Shown piece after piece: positions 63,320 through 64,000 of a stretch of DNA of 64,000 nucleotides. This DNA comes from Geosiphon pyriformis uo1 (Eukaryota; Fungi; Glomeromycota). Location of the stretch: NCBI GenBank assembly GCA_016748015.1, contig JAAOMT010000289.1, positions 569,639 to 633,638 of the forward strand. Reading direction: 5' to 3'. Each line of letters starts with the position of its first letter. Within the stretch, counting starts at the first letter, position 1. The position numbers and the translations under genes are program-made. A model generated the notes under the pieces. The model was not told where the DNA came from, did no database searches, and worked only from the letters and a program-made list of their open reading frames with translations.

Positions 63320-64000
63320 ATGGAGCACCAGGCAAAAGCTCTTAAACAGTGTGATGTACAACCTAACAAGCAAAACTTTAAAGAATTACGTAACGACTGG
63401 GAGCTTGACTTGGACATGTCTCAAGAGGACAACAAGGAAAGTGTTGAAATAGGAACAGTAAAGCCGGAAGGGAAGTCGCAAACCCTTTCTCTTAATTTAC
63501 CAGGAAATGAAACGCGAAAGGAGACATCCGAGGGCCAAAGTATTGCTAATGAATCTGGGGTTGACAAACCTCAAGAACAAATTGCCACAGCTGGCACATC
63601 AGCTTCCGAGGAAGAAAATGTTCGCGTATTTGTTGGTAGCCTTGCTTGGGAGGTTAATGACTGGGACTTAGAACGAAGATTTTCTGATTTCGGCAAAGTC
63701 AGGGAAGCGGTCGTCGTCAGGGATAAATCCAACGGTATGCTGCTAGTGTCTGAAATGCTATTGATTGCATGGTGATTTCTATTGTATTTTGTTGCAAGGT
63801 TTTATAGATACCTTTTGTATATTTCCTGTTTAATCAAAATGATAAGGGTTCAGTAAAGGCTATGGGTTTGTAACATATTTTGAACATGAATCTGCAGCTA
63901 AAGCCGTTCAATCAATGGTTAACGAAAGCATTGGTGGTCGTCCTGTACGTATTGAATACGCTGAGGTGAGATATAGACCACGAAGGCGAGAAAGCGATTC
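63320..64000 (+). CDS. RRM RNA-binding protein with acidic N-terminus; truncated by the window edge
   Basis: RNP2 VFVGSL. Intron 63735-63846 (GTATGC...AAG) restores RDKSNGFSKGYGFVTY (RNP1)...GGRPVRIEYA. Confidence 0.88.

Overview
This is eukaryotic fungal DNA with short GT-AG introns. The gene and retroelement content suggests an early-diverging Mucoromycota/Glomeromycotina (Geosiphon-like) genome, which is an inference from family recognition only. Three gene islands are present: (1) tRNA-Leu(CAA), UTP12/DIP2, a GAD/CSAD-like PLP decarboxylase and an AT-hook protein at 0.1-8.1 kb; (2) a BAH-domain pseudogene and an AcuM/Rds2-type Zn2Cys6-PAS regulator at 29.9-33.3 kb; (3) an RRM gene running off the right edge. 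Two transposon blocks separate them. The first holds two tandem RNase H-bearing LINEs, the older one split by an internally deleted Gypsy. The second is a 27.7-kb three-level Ty3/Gypsy nest; 4-bp TSDs can be read for all four Gypsy insertions in the window. The strongest hidden signal is only fragmentarily present in the ORF track: a decayed IS607-type element at about 61.2-62.95 kb, with a serine-recombinase TnpA, a Fanzor2/TnpB-type RNA-guided nuclease and a putative omegaRNA end. Other highlights are Gypsy polyproteins with a dUTPase and Cys-rich modules between protease and RT plus an unexplained 3' ORF, RIP-like C>T/G>A erosion of repeats that fades at the block edges, and a 4-nt micro-exon in the AcuM-like gene. 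All alignments and counts were done by eye.
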